A stretch of DNA of 64,000 bases from a virus (taxonomy: Duplodnaviria > Caudoviricetes), in IMG/VR virus record IMGVR_UViG_3300002026_001699, positions 8,159 to 72,158 of that record; one strand, 5' to 3'. A program made the translations under genes and the position numbers. A model generated the notes under the pieces. The model made no database searches. It saw only the letters and a list, made by a program, of their open reading frames with translations, and was not told where the DNA came from. Positions 35,919 through 46,660 of this stretch are shown piece by piece. The first letter of the stretch is position 1. Each line of letters opens with the position of its first letter.

Positions 35919-36959
35919 TTAAACGTCTAAAACTCTGTCTTCTTTATTTTCTAGTTTTTTACTTGTTTTGACTGCCATTTTTTCATTGTATTTTGTTGCT
36001 GAAAGAGTAGCTTTGTCTTTAAGTTTAGCAAAAACCTTATCAACAGAAATGCCAGAAGCAATAGTTATATATTGTGGAAGATTCTTATCTTCAACTCTTA
36101 AAACACCAAAAATAGTACGAGCACTTTTAATACTATTATTAATCTTCATAGTAACTTGCATAAGTTTATCACTTTCAATCTGTGTTGTTTCTTTATTATG
36201 TTTTACATTAATAAGCTTTGTAATAAGAACATTTGCCGATTCATTAAACTTTCCATAAGAAAATTTTGGTATTTTTGGTTTTCCAGTTTCTTGAAAATCC
36301 TCTTCAAGATTATCATAAGAAACGTTAATAAATCCTCCTGAAAAGGCAACAGAAGAATGGTCTTCTTCATCAATTGCAAATGGTGTAAATGAGTTATTAT
36401 CATGCAAGTATGGAAGATCTGTTATATGTCTAACCTTTTCTACAATTCTATTATTAATTTTTTCAAATGTCATTGTTCCAATTTCTTTACCAACATCATC
36501 ATTAGCTGCTACATAAACACTCATATTATTTGAGAATTCAGCAACACGTGAAAGAAGACGAGTTGCATTAGATGTTGCAGGAATAGATTCTGCTAGGAAT
36601 GGTGTTGCTACAACAAGAAGAATCCTATTATTCTGTTTCATAAGAATATTTAAGAATGTTATAACAGAAGATGATCCTGATCCTCCTCCACCAGATACAA
36701 AGTATACAACATCTTGATCTTCAACTGTTGCAAGATATTTTTCAAGAATTTCTCTGTTTTCAGCCCAAATTTTCAATCCCTTAGAATAAGACTGACCTGC
36801 TCCACCATTTACAATAAGATGATCATTACCAAGTTTAATTCCGCCTGAATCTCTGTGATCAGTATTAAATGTTAAAAGTACATCATTTTTCTGTGCGTAA
36901 AGTGAAGCTAGTCTTGTTCCAACCTGACCAACTCCAATTACTGTTTTATATTTTGCCAT
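35919..36959 (-). CDS. Tubulin/FtsZ-family GTPase (PhuZ/TubZ-like)
   Basis: IGVGQVG, FNTD, GGAGQ, SGGGGSGS signature. Confidence 0.85.
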   Translation of the reverse strand: MAKYKTVIGVGQVGTRLASLYAQKNDVLLTFNTDHRDSGGIKLGNDHLIVNGGAGQSYSKGLKIWAENREILEKYLATVEDQDVVYFVSGGGGSGSSSVITFLNILMKQNNRILLVVATPFLAESIPATSNATRLLSRVAEFSNNMSVYVAANDDVGKEIGTMTFEKINNRIVEKVRHITDLPYLHDNNSFTPFAIDEEDHSSVAFSGGFINVSYDNLEEDFQETGKPKIPKFSYGKFNESANVLITKLINVKHNKETTQIESDKLMQVTMKINNSIKSARTIFGVLRVEDKNLPQYITIASGISVDKVFAKLKDKATLSATKYNEKMAVKTSKKLENKEDRVLDV

Positions 36960-37011
36960 GTGTTACAACTCCCTTATTTTTTTAGTTATATTATAAATAT
37001 GCTTTATTTTA

Positions 37012-37326
37012 TCATCTAAATGCATGATATGGGTCTTCTTTTCCAGCCTCATATCCTTTTCTTTCTTCAAAATCCATGTTTGCTTTAGTTTTGGCAGATT
37101 CTTCAGGTGTCATTGTATGGCTAGATTTCTTTTTTTTTCCACCATATCTTTTATCCCACCCCTTGTTTCTTGTTCCACCTGAAGACATTACAAATCCAAC
37201 GCCTCCACTGATTTTTCTTTTCATCTTATTTCCTTTAGAATCTAAGACTTCTGGCATCTCTGTCATACTATGAAAAACCTCTATTTCTTCATTAGTTTCT
37301 TCTGAATAATAATCATAAAATGGCAT
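37012..37326 (-). CDS. FmdB-family zinc-ribbon-like protein lacking Cys
   Basis: MPFYDY...EVFHSM...MKRKIS...F. Confidence 0.6.
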   Translation of the reverse strand: MPFYDYYSEETNEEIEVFHSMTEMPEVLDSKGNKMKRKISGGVGFVMSSGGTRNKGWDKRYGGKKKKSSHTMTPEESAKTKANMDFEERKGYEAGKEDPYHAFR

Positions 37327-37334
37327 ATTTTCTC

Positions 37335-38762
37335 CTATTTAATTTCTTGTAATTCTGCTTGATTTGTTTTTACAGCTTTAATATATGGTGTTAGGTCTAT
37401 AACTGTTCCTAATATAGAAACACCATCATTATATTCTATTTTTTTTGCATACAGTTCTATATATTTAATTATGCCAGATTTAGATATAATTCTTAATTTA
37501 CCTTTAATTTGATCTTGTTTTTGAACAACTTGATACATAGTTTTAAATTTTTCAATATCACCTTCATGCACCATTTTATTAATATCCATTTTACTAATAT
37601 CCATTATACTTAAAAATTCTTCTTTTCTATACCCTGTTATTTCACTTATTTTATTATTCATATATTCTATTTTATTGTTTTTCATAATAAAAATACCTAA
37701 AACTGAATCATCAGTCAATGCAGAGAATGTTTCTTGTGATATTCTTAAGGTGTCTTTAACTGATGCTATGTCTGAAAAATCTTGTATTATATTGATAATA
37801 TTACTATCAAGTTTTTCTTCCTCATTTATAATTTTTGCTTGTATAATTAAATCTTCTATACCATTAATATTTAAACTGAATTGGTGACTGGTATGTTTAA
37901 ATCTCATCAACTCTAATGTATTTTTGTAAAATGTTTTAGAGGCATCATTTGAAAAAATATCAAATATTGTCTTTCCTTTAAGATCATCACCTCTTTTTAT
38001 AAAAGATGAAAAAGAAGTATTATAATCTGTTATCTCACCTTTCATATTTTGAAGAAACATTGGTATTGGTATTGTATCAAAAATAGATCTTAATAAATTA
38101 TAGTTAAACTTATAATCTTGTTTTATTTTATTAATGGCTGTTACATCTAGTATTATACCCCTCGTTCCTATAATATCTTTAACATCATTAAATCTTGTCA
38201 TAGCGTGTAATAGTATTGTTTTTTTATTACCTTTTTTTGTTATAATATTATATTCATTAACACCTAAACTTTCTACATTACTAACTCTTTCAGAAAAGTT
38301 CTTTTTTGCTATTTCAGCATGTTCAACAGAAACGAAATCAAAAATATTTTTATCTAATATAGAATCTTTTTTATTAAGATCAAAAAGCTCATAAAGATTA
38401 TCAGTAACGAATGTTATATTTCCAAACATATCTGTTTCATATAATCCTTCAGGCAATAGATTTGCAAAATTCTCAAATCTGTTTATTGTTTTATCCTGAT
38501 TTTTTAAAGTATATAAAATAACTTCGTTTTGCTTTTCTAACATTTCTTTGTTTTTTATAAAAATATTTAAAAAAGAAACAAAACTAAAACTAAAAAATGT
38601 TGATACTATAGCTCTTGGATAAGAAAATACAGCCATAATATATTCAAAACTTATATTAGTACATTTTAACACAGAATAATATTTAGTAACACATAATATT
38701 AAATAAAATAAAAAACAAAACACAATAAAAACTGGTGTTAAATATAATAATCTTTTTTTCAT
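37335..38762 (-). CDS. Membrane-anchored triple-PAS sensor with no output domain
   Basis: Two TM helices; LPEGLYETDMFGNITFV, IPIPMFLQNMKGEITDYN, GIFIMKNNKIEYMN. Confidence 0.8.
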   Translation of the reverse strand: MKKRLLYLTPVFIVFCFLFYLILCVTKYYSVLKCTNISFEYIMAVFSYPRAIVSTFFSFSFVSFLNIFIKNKEMLEKQNEVILYTLKNQDKTINRFENFANLLPEGLYETDMFGNITFVTDNLYELFDLNKKDSILDKNIFDFVSVEHAEIAKKNFSERVSNVESLGVNEYNIITKKGNKKTILLHAMTRFNDVKDIIGTRGIILDVTAINKIKQDYKFNYNLLRSIFDTIPIPMFLQNMKGEITDYNTSFSSFIKRGDDLKGKTIFDIFSNDASKTFYKNTLELMRFKHTSHQFSLNINGIEDLIIQAKIINEEEKLDSNIINIIQDFSDIASVKDTLRISQETFSALTDDSVLGIFIMKNNKIEYMNNKISEITGYRKEEFLSIMDISKMDINKMVHEGDIEKFKTMYQVVQKQDQIKGKLRIISKSGIIKYIELYAKKIEYNDGVSILGTVIDLTPYIKAVKTNQAELQEIK

Positions 38763-39442
38763 AATTCTAAATTATATCCTTGATCAATTTTTGTATTTGT
38801 TAATATATAGTTGATAACAGAAAACATGTTAACAATATCATCCTTGTATAAAAACATTTCATTTTCTTGACATAAAAATTTGTATCTTTTTTGATTAAAA
38901 AGAAATTTTCTAGTATATTTGTTTATATTTTTCTTTTTTATATTATTAGGAAAAGCCCATGACATTTTAAATTCCATTATTTTATTGTCAATAATATCGG
39001 CTGCTAAAACAAAATCTTCTTTAGATTTGAATAATATAATATCAAAAGCATTATCATCTTTCCACATAAACTTGGTAAATTCTTGTGGCTTCCAATTGTT
39101 TATTTTTGTAATATCTTCATTTAATAATATTTCATTCTCTAAAGCATCATTAAAAAGAGTTGAATAAAACTCATTTAATTGATTATAGTTAATGCCAATA
39201 CCAGAATATGTTTGACAATCTCCATCAATAAATTTTTTCCAATCTTTTCTAATTTTTAGAAATGTCTTTAATCTTGTCTTAAAATCCCACTCATCAGTAT
39301 CTATAAACTTGACATAATATGCTTGTTGATCATTATTATCATTATATGATTTATCTCTTTGAAATTCAATATAATCATGTCCACCCATACAATTGCAATT
39401 TATTTTCAATATACTTTCCCAATATGCATCAATAGTTTTCAT
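38759..39442 (-). CDS. Hypothetical protein
   Basis: 227 aa ORF with RBS. Confidence 0.55.
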   Translation of the reverse strand: MKTIDAYWESILKINCNCMGGHDYIEFQRDKSYNDNNDQQAYYVKFIDTDEWDFKTRLKTFLKIRKDWKKFIDGDCQTYSGIGINYNQLNEFYSTLFNDALENEILLNEDITKINNWKPQEFTKFMWKDDNAFDIILFKSKEDFVLAADIIDNKIMEFKMSWAFPNNIKKKNINKYTRKFLFNQKRYKFLCQENEMFLYKDDIVNMFSVINYILTNTKIDQGYNLEL

Positions 39443-39464
39443 TATTTCTCCTATAATATATATG

Positions 39465-39743
39465 CTAATTTATACTTCCTTTAAATATTCTATTTAAAAC
39501 TTGTCCACTTGTTCTAACAGATACTTCTTCATTTAATGAATACTTTTTAATGGTAGTTTTATTAAATTTTTTTGTTTGAAAATCAAATACTTGAACCTGA
39601 ACATGATATATATCATCAAGAAGTTCTATTCTATCTATCCTATAAATTGTTCTAACATTATTCATGGTTGAATACATATCAAAAACATTTAGATATTTCA
39701 TCGTTCTATAGTCAGGTTTCATTGTTTCTCCTAGTTTAGACAT
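39465..39743 (-). CDS. Hypothetical protein
   Basis: 92 aa ORF. Confidence 0.5.
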   Translation of the reverse strand: MSKLGETMKPDYRTMKYLNVFDMYSTMNNVRTIYRIDRIELLDDIYHVQVQVFDFQTKKFNKTTIKKYSLNEEVSVRTSGQVLNRIFKGSIN

Positions 39744-39747
39744 AAAA

Positions 39748-39780
39748 AAGCCTAGATATATTATCTTTATATCTAGGCTT
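39748..39780 (-). terminator. Hairpin terminator
   Basis: 13-bp stem AAGCCTAGATATA/TATATCTAGGCTT followed by a T-run on the - strand. Confidence 0.7.
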
Positions 39781-39812
39781 GGTTTAATTATGATAATTGT
39801 AAATTCTGTAAA

Positions 39813-39955
39813 TTACTTTTAGAAGGGTTCTTTTCAACATAAGAATCTAGTTCGTCTTCTTGAATGGTTTTTAGTTGTTCTAACCAATTTCTCCATTCAC
39901 GTCTGACACTTTTGTTTTCTCGGCGATGTTCATTTCTGATAGACTTACTTTTCAT
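39813..39955 (-). CDS. 47-aa hypothetical protein
   Basis: GGGGG RBS; MKSKSIRNEHRRENK... Confidence 0.45.
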
Positions 39956-40083
39956 AAGTTTCCCCCTATCTAAGGAGACATTCTATTTGGAGATATATCT
40001 CCTTATTTTAAAAGATCTTATACACCATATAGTGTAATTTTAAAAATATTAACAAATGTTCTTACCCCTAATATTATCCTCCT

Positions 40084-43000
40084 TTACATACATTTTGAGA
40101 AACCACAAGTGCAACTAACACAACCTTCAACATATCTCATTTCGCCTCCACATTCAGGACAAACATCACCAGTCATTACCCTTTCACCATCTTTTATATA
40201 TTTCTTGAGAACACGAGAAACAGCTCTTTCAAATCCCATAAAATGTTTAGATTTTGACATCTGGTCAACAACAAATTGCAGAGGTGTTCCATGCCTTAAT
40301 GCCATTGAGGTCATTCTTGCCATAACACCATAAGTTGCATCCATTGTTTCAGCCAAGTTATCTTTAACAACTTTTTCAACTCCATTTCTTATAATTAAAG
40401 AATATTTTCCTTTACCATTCTTTTTTATAATACCTTCTTTATGATTATTTACATCAATCAAACCATCTTTGTTTTCATCAACGAAAATTTCATATAAAGA
40501 ACCTTGAAGTTTACCAACAAGAACCATCCATTTTTTACTATCAACAGAAATCTCATGAATATCACATGGAAGTTCATCTGGTCTTTTTGGTGCCATATGT
40601 CTTTCTATATATTCTTCTTTTTTTACTTTAGGCTCATTATATTCTAATATACCTTTCAAATTTCCAGAAGGATTAAAAGTTGTGAATCCTTTAAGTCCTT
40701 TATCATAAGCATACATAAAAAGATCTTGATATTCTTCAAGAGATGTTCCTGGAGATAAATTAGCAGTTTTACTAATTGAAGAATCAATATATTTTTGCCA
40801 TACTGCTTGTATATCAATAGATTTTTTTACATTAATTGTTGTAGTTGTTATAAAATAATCAGGATGAGCTAAATTTATTTCTTGTTCTGTAAGATTAATA
40901 TAACTTTTATTATAATGATGTTCAAGATATTTTAACCAAGCATTATCATATACAATTTGTTGTTTTGTTTCATCACCAAGTCCTGTTCTATAACTTCTTT
41001 TATAAGAAAGAGAAAACATTGGTTCTATTCCAGAACTACAATTTTGACCAATACTTAATGAAATAGTTCCAGTTGGAGCACATGTATTTATATTTATATT
41101 ACGAATACCATTTTCAAGAATTGATTTTTTAATATCATTTGGTAGTCTCTTGCAAAAACCAGATTCAATAAATTTTTCTCTATTTAAAACAGGAAATTGA
41201 CCTTTCTCTTTTGCTAATTCTATTGATGCTTTATAAGATTCGTTTCTTAGAAATTCACCTAATTTATGAGTAAGCTTTAAACTATCTTCTTCACCATAAG
41301 TTATTTTCATCATAGCTAACATATCTGCAAATCCAGTAAAACCAAGACCTATTCTTCTTTCTCCCATAGACCTATCTTTAATTTTTTCTAATGGATATTC
41401 CGTCACAGTAAGAACATTATCAAGAAATCTTACTCCAACTTTTATAGTTTTAATTAAATTTTCCCAATCAATTTTAGCATCGTCAGTAAAAGGATTTAAA
41501 ACAAATTTACTAAAGTTTATAGCACCGAGGTCACACACGGCATACTCTGGCATCGAGATTTCACCACAATTTAAAGTGTTACAGGATAACAACTTATCTC
41601 TACCTGATGCAGTTTTTGTTTGATTAAATATAATATCAAAGTTATGAACATCGTCTACTGTACCATTATAAACTGTATCAACTCCAATTTTTGTTACTGA
41701 AACAATTTTATGATTATAAATCATTCCATTTTCTATTAATTGTTTAGCTACTGTAGTTTTGCAATTATTTGTGTTTTTATTTATAGATTGAACAGAGATA
41801 GGATTTATATTAAAATTGTCAAAAATATTGCTAATAAATGTTTTATAAGAACCACTTAAGCCAGCAGTTCTAAGATCATTTATTCCATAACTATTTAAGA
41901 TATAAGAAAATTCTGCCCAAGATGGGATAATATTATTTTCATTTACATATTTAGAAAAAAGATTAAAAATCATATCTTGAGATGTTACATGACTTTCATT
42001 TGCTTTATCATGTGAAATTTTTGCCATTTTTTTATTATGTTCAAAAGCTCCACAACTCTGGGAGCAATAGGCTTGTTCTCTTCTGCCAAAACGTACAGAA
42101 AATTCATTACCGCAGTGCTCACATGTCTTTTTAACCATAACTACATTGTTTTCAACAAAACATTCAAGATCAGTTAATTTTTGACATTCTTTAAAATGTT
42201 TATTTGTTCTTTTTTCTATTCCAGTTACAAAAATATCCTTAAAATTAATCCATGCCTGTTTTGTATTAGATGACGCTTTAACTTTATATTCTAAAGTAGA
42301 ACACCTTTCTTTTGCTTTTTGACTAATTTTTGATTTTGTTTCTTGGGATCTTTTTGCGCCAATGTGATATTTTTCTCTCATTTTTTGTTGTGCTTGAGGA
42401 TCATTCCTCCAGTTTTTTTCTGGGTAACGAATCATTGGATTTTTATCACCAGAAATATCATGTATGATATCATGTTCTTCTTTTGTCATCATTTGAAGAT
42501 TATTTACAGAATTATTTGAAGGATTAAAATCTTTATGATGTATTATATATCCTTCTGGTATTTTACTCTTAGTAAGTTGTTCATAAACAAATCTATGCTC
42601 TCCTATCAGTTTTTTTCCATTAGACATTAACCAATATCCATCTTTTTCAGAATACTCATCTTCTTTTAATGTATTCCATTTAGAATAAACAGCCAGGCTT
42701 TCACCAGACTGAAGATTTATAGCCTCTTTATACATTCCATCTTTCATTCTAAATTTATGATTTCCTGTACATTTAATTGTTGATCCATCATCTAATAGGA
42801 CTTGATAAATATCTTGATCATATCCTGTAATTCGTGGGTTGCGCATTGTTTTTATAATGGGCTCTCCATTATCATCACGTGCATAAACTGGAATATCCTT
42901 TCCTTCTTCAGCAAGTTGTTTGATTGGGATAAAATTTCTTCCATCAGCAACAGCTACAAGAGTATCACCAGTAAGACATGGATTACATTGCTCAATATTA

Positions 43001-43788
43001 TACATATAATAACCATTGTTTTCTTTATTAACATGGTCAAGATTAAAAATACCTGGCTCATTATTCATGAATGCATTTTTTGTAATCTTATCATATAGGT
43101 CTTTAGCTTTAACTGTTTTATAAACTTTATCTTTAAACTTTAAATCCCAATCACCATCATTTTTTACTTGTTCAATAAAAGCATCAGTAATACCAACTGA
43201 GATGTTAAATTGCGTTAGAGCTTTATTTTTATCACCTTGTTTGATTGTTATGAACTCTTCAATATCAGGGTGGTCAACGTTCATAATTGCAATATGTGCA
43301 CCTCTTCTCCCTCCACCTGTATGGATTGTTTTAGCAGAGGCATCAAATATTTGAGTAAAAGATAGTGGTCCTGATGATTCTCCACCTTTAGAGATTGATG
43401 AATTTCTTGGTCTCATGTTAGATATATTAAATCCAACTCCTCCACCCATTTTACCAATTAGAGCGTCTTCTTTAAGGGCATCATAAATACCTTCCATTGA
43501 ATCATCTATTTTAATAGTAAAACAATTGTTATAATTCTTCATTTTACTGTCTGGTCTTGCATTGGCAAGTATTCTTCCAGCTGGTATAAATTTACCAGAA
43601 ATAAGTTGATTATAAAACTCATCCTTTACAAGATTGAATTTATCATTTGTTTCACATGATGCAATTTCTGTTGATATATCCTCGAATATTTTCTCCACAG
43701 ATTCTTGATTGTGAATATTATATTTCATTTCAAATATTTCTTTTGATATTGGTTGTTCCCATTCCCATTTTTTATTATTATCACCCAT
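40084..43788 (-). CDS. nrdJ: Class II (B12-dependent) ribonucleotide reductase with intein
   Basis: PAGRIL, NNCF, GGGVG, RRGA, NP|CGE, CDLGAIN, RRIGLG, APTGT; C-terminal TSCPD-like domain and CPECG ribbon. Confidence 0.9.
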   Translation of the reverse strand: MGDNNKKWEWEQPISKEIFEMKYNIHNQESVEKIFEDISTEIASCETNDKFNLVKDEFYNQLISGKFIPAGRILANARPDSKMKNYNNCFTIKIDDSMEGIYDALKEDALIGKMGGGVGFNISNMRPRNSSISKGGESSGPLSFTQIFDASAKTIHTGGGRRGAHIAIMNVDHPDIEEFITIKQGDKNKALTQFNISVGITDAFIEQVKNDGDWDLKFKDKVYKTVKAKDLYDKITKNAFMNNEPGIFNLDHVNKENNGYYMYNIEQCNPCLTGDTLVAVADGRNFIPIKQLAEEGKDIPVYARDDNGEPIIKTMRNPRITGYDQDIYQVLLDDGSTIKCTGNHKFRMKDGMYKEAINLQSGESLAVYSKWNTLKEDEYSEKDGYWLMSNGKKLIGEHRFVYEQLTKSKIPEGYIIHHKDFNPSNNSVNNLQMMTKEEHDIIHDISGDKNPMIRYPEKNWRNDPQAQQKMREKYHIGAKRSQETKSKISQKAKERCSTLEYKVKASSNTKQAWINFKDIFVTGIEKRTNKHFKECQKLTDLECFVENNVVMVKKTCEHCGNEFSVRFGRREQAYCSQSCGAFEHNKKMAKISHDKANESHVTSQDMIFNLFSKYVNENNIIPSWAEFSYILNSYGINDLRTAGLSGSYKTFISNIFDNFNINPISVQSINKNTNNCKTTVAKQLIENGMIYNHKIVSVTKIGVDTVYNGTVDDVHNFDIIFNQTKTASGRDKLLSCNTLNCGEISMPEYAVCDLGAINFSKFVLNPFTDDAKIDWENLIKTIKVGVRFLDNVLTVTEYPLEKIKDRSMGERRIGLGFTGFADMLAMMKITYGEEDSLKLTHKLGEFLRNESYKASIELAKEKGQFPVLNREKFIESGFCKRLPNDIKKSILENGIRNININTCAPTGTISLSIGQNCSSGIEPMFSLSYKRSYRTGLGDETKQQIVYDNAWLKYLEHHYNKSYINLTEQEINLAHPDYFITTTTINVKKSIDIQAVWQKYIDSSISKTANLSPGTSLEEYQDLFMYAYDKGLKGFTTFNPSGNLKGILEYNEPKVKKEEYIERHMAPKRPDELPCDIHEISVDSKKWMVLVGKLQGSLYEIFVDENKDGLIDVNNHKEGIIKKNGKGKYSLIIRNGVEKVVKDNLAETMDATYGVMARMTSMALRHGTPLQFVVDQMSKSKHFMGFERAVSRVLKKYIKDGERVMTGDVCPECGGEMRYVEGCVSCTCGFSKCM
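41569..42978 (-). mobile_element. Contiguous intein (470 aa) with HNH endonuclease
   Basis: CLTGDT start; HHKDFNPSNNSVNNL; ends SCNTLN before CGE. Confidence 0.9.
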
Positions 43789-43948
43789 ACAACACTACTC
43801 CTTGTTATTATTATTTATGAGAAAATGAATTAAATTGATTTTTTTAATCTTGGATTGTTTGCCCATATTTTCTCCACTCTCATTTATTATTATCTTAAAG
43901 CCAATTTTATATAAAGTCAAATAAACATTTTTATATATTTTTGTAAAA

Positions 43949-44224
43949 TCAAATACTTTTTAGTACAACAAACTCTTCTCCTTGTAGTATAAGAATACAT
44001 CCTTCATTTATAAATCTTGATAATGTTATTTTTTTACCAAATATATACAAGTCTTCAATGCCATCTTTCTCTATTATTTCAACATTTATATATGCTGAAA
44101 CATCATCAAGTTGATGTAAAAACAATTCAGAAGACTTTATTTCTTTAATAATATTAAAGTTTTTTTTAATTAAAGATGATATTTTCTTTATATTTTTGAT
44201 TTTTTTCTTTAGTTCTCTATCCAT
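43949..44224 (-). CDS. Hypothetical protein
   Basis: 91 aa ORF. Confidence 0.5.
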   Translation of the reverse strand: MDRELKKKIKNIKKISSLIKKNFNIIKEIKSSELFLHQLDDVSAYINVEIIEKDGIEDLYIFGKKITLSRFINEGCILILQGEEFVVLKSI

Positions 44225-44285
44225 AACACAATTAAATATGCCTGTATTATGCTATTTTAATCTTATATTTCTATAAGATAAATGA

Positions 44286-44537
44286 ATGGAAAGAGTAGCG
44301 TTTAATACATGGTATAAGGCATCAGATAATGACTGGCAGAGCTGTTTTTATAATTATTTTATATCTTTAGATGATGATAAAATAGGATATTATTCTGTTG
44401 GTTTTGGAATACGTGGTTTTGGATATTTTATGGATTATATGGAAGATTTTCGTGAAGTTGTTATGGAAGAGATATTTGATAATTTTGTATTTAAAAAGGT
44501 AGCTTTGCATGATATAATAAAGGATTGCTTTTCATGA
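44286..44537 (+). CDS. Hypothetical protein
   Basis: First gene of the + strand block. Confidence 0.5.
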   Translation: MERVAFNTWYKASDNDWQSCFYNYFISLDDDKIGYYSVGFGIRGFGYFMDYMEDFREVVMEEIFDNFVFKKVALHDIIKDCFS

Positions 44538-44761
44538 TATATAGAAGAACAAATCCGGAAATAGATTCTTTTCTATTATTTATGGATGATAAGATTCAAT
44601 TATTTCACATTGACGCAAAATATAATTCTATTACAATTAATTATATGGAGAATAATACTTCAGTAGAAGGGATACATGCACATGGTTATAAAAAAGTGAC
44701 TGATACAAGTTTAAGAAAATTAATTCAATTAATGTTTATATACAAGGTAGAAATAAGATGA
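44525..44761 (+). CDS. Hypothetical protein
   Basis: Overlapping coupled ORF. Confidence 0.5.
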   Translation: MLFMIYRRTNPEIDSFLLFMDDKIQLFHIDAKYNSITINYMENNTSVEGIHAHGYKKVTDTSLRKLIQLMFIYKVEIR

Positions 44762-44889
44762 TTAAAAAGTTAAATGAAACAATTATCAATGAATTGTATG
44801 GAATAATGAAATTAAATAAAAAATGTTCCAAGTTTATATTTCAGCAATATCCTGATAATAAAATAGAAATAATCTAAGGTGGACAAAAT

Positions 44890-46659
44890 ATGAAAACAGC
44901 TATAATAATGGGAAGATTTCAACCAATAACAAATGCTCATTATGGGATAATACAAAAGGCTATAGAAAAATATCCTCAAACTTTTGTTGTAATTATAAAC
45001 TCTAAAGTTTCAATTGCTGCAAATGTAAGAAGAAGAGCAAGAGTTGATGGAAGTGATTTACCAAAAGAAGGCGATATAGAAGCTTGGAAGGGTATGAAGG
45101 CAAAGGGTAAATTATCAAAATCAGCAAATCCTAAAAGAATGGAAGATGAAATACAAATAAATCCATTTTCAGGAGCATTGAGAGCAAAACTTATATATGA
45201 TGCCTTTAATGGTAAATTACATAATAATATGATTATTCAATCCCCTCTTGCTAATATAGAACAAATTATAAATAGAATAATAGACCAAACAGGTTCAAAA
45301 GAATTTGTAATTTTATGTGGTGAGGATAGAAGACAAGTTTATACTGACCAAATAAAATCAGCAATTGAGAAAGAATATGTTCCTTCTGATACAAAAATAG
45401 ATATAGAAGTTTTATCAAGGGATATGGATTCTGCTGATAATGTATCAGCTACAAGAGTAAGACAAGCCTTGAAGGATAATGATAGAGAAGAGTTTAATAA
45501 ACTTGTTCCAAATGGAATACAACAACATTTTTATAGAATGAGAAAATTTATAATGACAGAGGGTCAAAGGTCTTTCTTTAGAAGAATGTTATTAGAAATG
45601 ACACATATTGAAGATTTAAAAGTAAGTGATTTTATATCATTTGTTAAAGAAATTTATTCATCAGAGGCTTCAATAAAATTAGATGGAACTGCTAATCTTG
45701 CAATTGGAATAGATGATAGTGGAAAATTATATACAGCATTTGGTAAGAATGCCTTCTTTAAAGGTGATATTACTCCAGTTGATAAAAGAGTTTATAGTGT
45801 TGATGATTGGATTGGAAAGAATAAATTATATTTTAATTCTGCCGCCTCTGCTCATTCTGCTTTAGAAAAAGTAAAAGAGGATATTAAGTCTGTATTAAAA
45901 CCTGGTCAAGAAGCATCGGCAGAATTAATGTTTGGTGATAAACCAAATTGTATTAAATATGATTTTGGTGGAGTTAATTATTTAGTTATATTAAATAATG
46001 AAGAGTTGGCAGATATTTTAAACAAGAAAGTAGTTCATACAGATGTAGTTAATTTAGAGATTGATGTTGAAGAATTAAAAAAGGTGAATGTTAAACAAAC
46101 ATGGACTTTTGGTAAAACTCAGGTAATAGACCCTAAAAAATATGATATAAACATTAATCAAGAGTTGCAAGAGTTAGAGGCTTTTTTAGAGGCTGAAACA
46201 GAAGGATTTAGAAATATAGATATTATTGGTATGAAGGCTATTGGCAAGAAAAGTGAAATGATACAGCTTGTAAGAAATAAAGCTTTAAAATTAAAACTTA
46301 ATATAAAAGAACAATTATTAAAACAATTCGTAAGAAAAGTAAAAGAAGGAAGTTATATACCTTCTGATGGATACTCTCACGAAGGAATAGTTTTAAAAAA
46401 CAAATCTGGTGAAATGACAAAAATAATAGATAAAGATGTATTTACAGCCATTCATGAAAAAGATTGGAAACCATCTCATGATGCTGATAAAGTTATAAAA
46501 TCTTTTGAGAAAAATGGAATTACAAAAGAAGAAGCAATTACTTATTTAACAGATAGAATAACAAATTTTGATAAATATTATTCTGATGTTGCAGATGATA
46601 TGAAGGATAGAATGAAGAATGCTCTTAAAATGATGAGAATTGATTTAAAGAGGGGATAA
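44890..46659 (+). CDS. HIGH-family nucleotidyltransferase fused to an ATP-dependent ligase-like domain
   Basis: MGRFQPITNAH, CGEDR, VSATRVR; then SIKLDG (KxDG), HEGIVLK, TKIID. Confidence 0.75.
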   Translation: MKTAIIMGRFQPITNAHYGIIQKAIEKYPQTFVVIINSKVSIAANVRRRARVDGSDLPKEGDIEAWKGMKAKGKLSKSANPKRMEDEIQINPFSGALRAKLIYDAFNGKLHNNMIIQSPLANIEQIINRIIDQTGSKEFVILCGEDRRQVYTDQIKSAIEKEYVPSDTKIDIEVLSRDMDSADNVSATRVRQALKDNDREEFNKLVPNGIQQHFYRMRKFIMTEGQRSFFRRMLLEMTHIEDLKVSDFISFVKEIYSSEASIKLDGTANLAIGIDDSGKLYTAFGKNAFFKGDITPVDKRVYSVDDWIGKNKLYFNSAASAHSALEKVKEDIKSVLKPGQEASAELMFGDKPNCIKYDFGGVNYLVILNNEELADILNKKVVHTDVVNLEIDVEELKKVNVKQTWTFGKTQVIDPKKYDININQELQELEAFLEAETEGFRNIDIIGMKAIGKKSEMIQLVRNKALKLKLNIKEQLLKQFVRKVKEGSYIPSDGYSHEGIVLKNKSGEMTKIIDKDVFTAIHEKDWKPSHDADKVIKSFEKNGITKEEAITYLTDRITNFDKYYSDVADDMKDRMKNALKMMRIDLKRG

Positions 46660-46660
46660 T

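Noticed and set aside
39960-40010. TAAGGAGA/TCTCCTTA inverted repeat as a regulatory RNA
   Set aside because: Short 8-bp stem in AT-rich DNA with no clear regulated start; insufficient support
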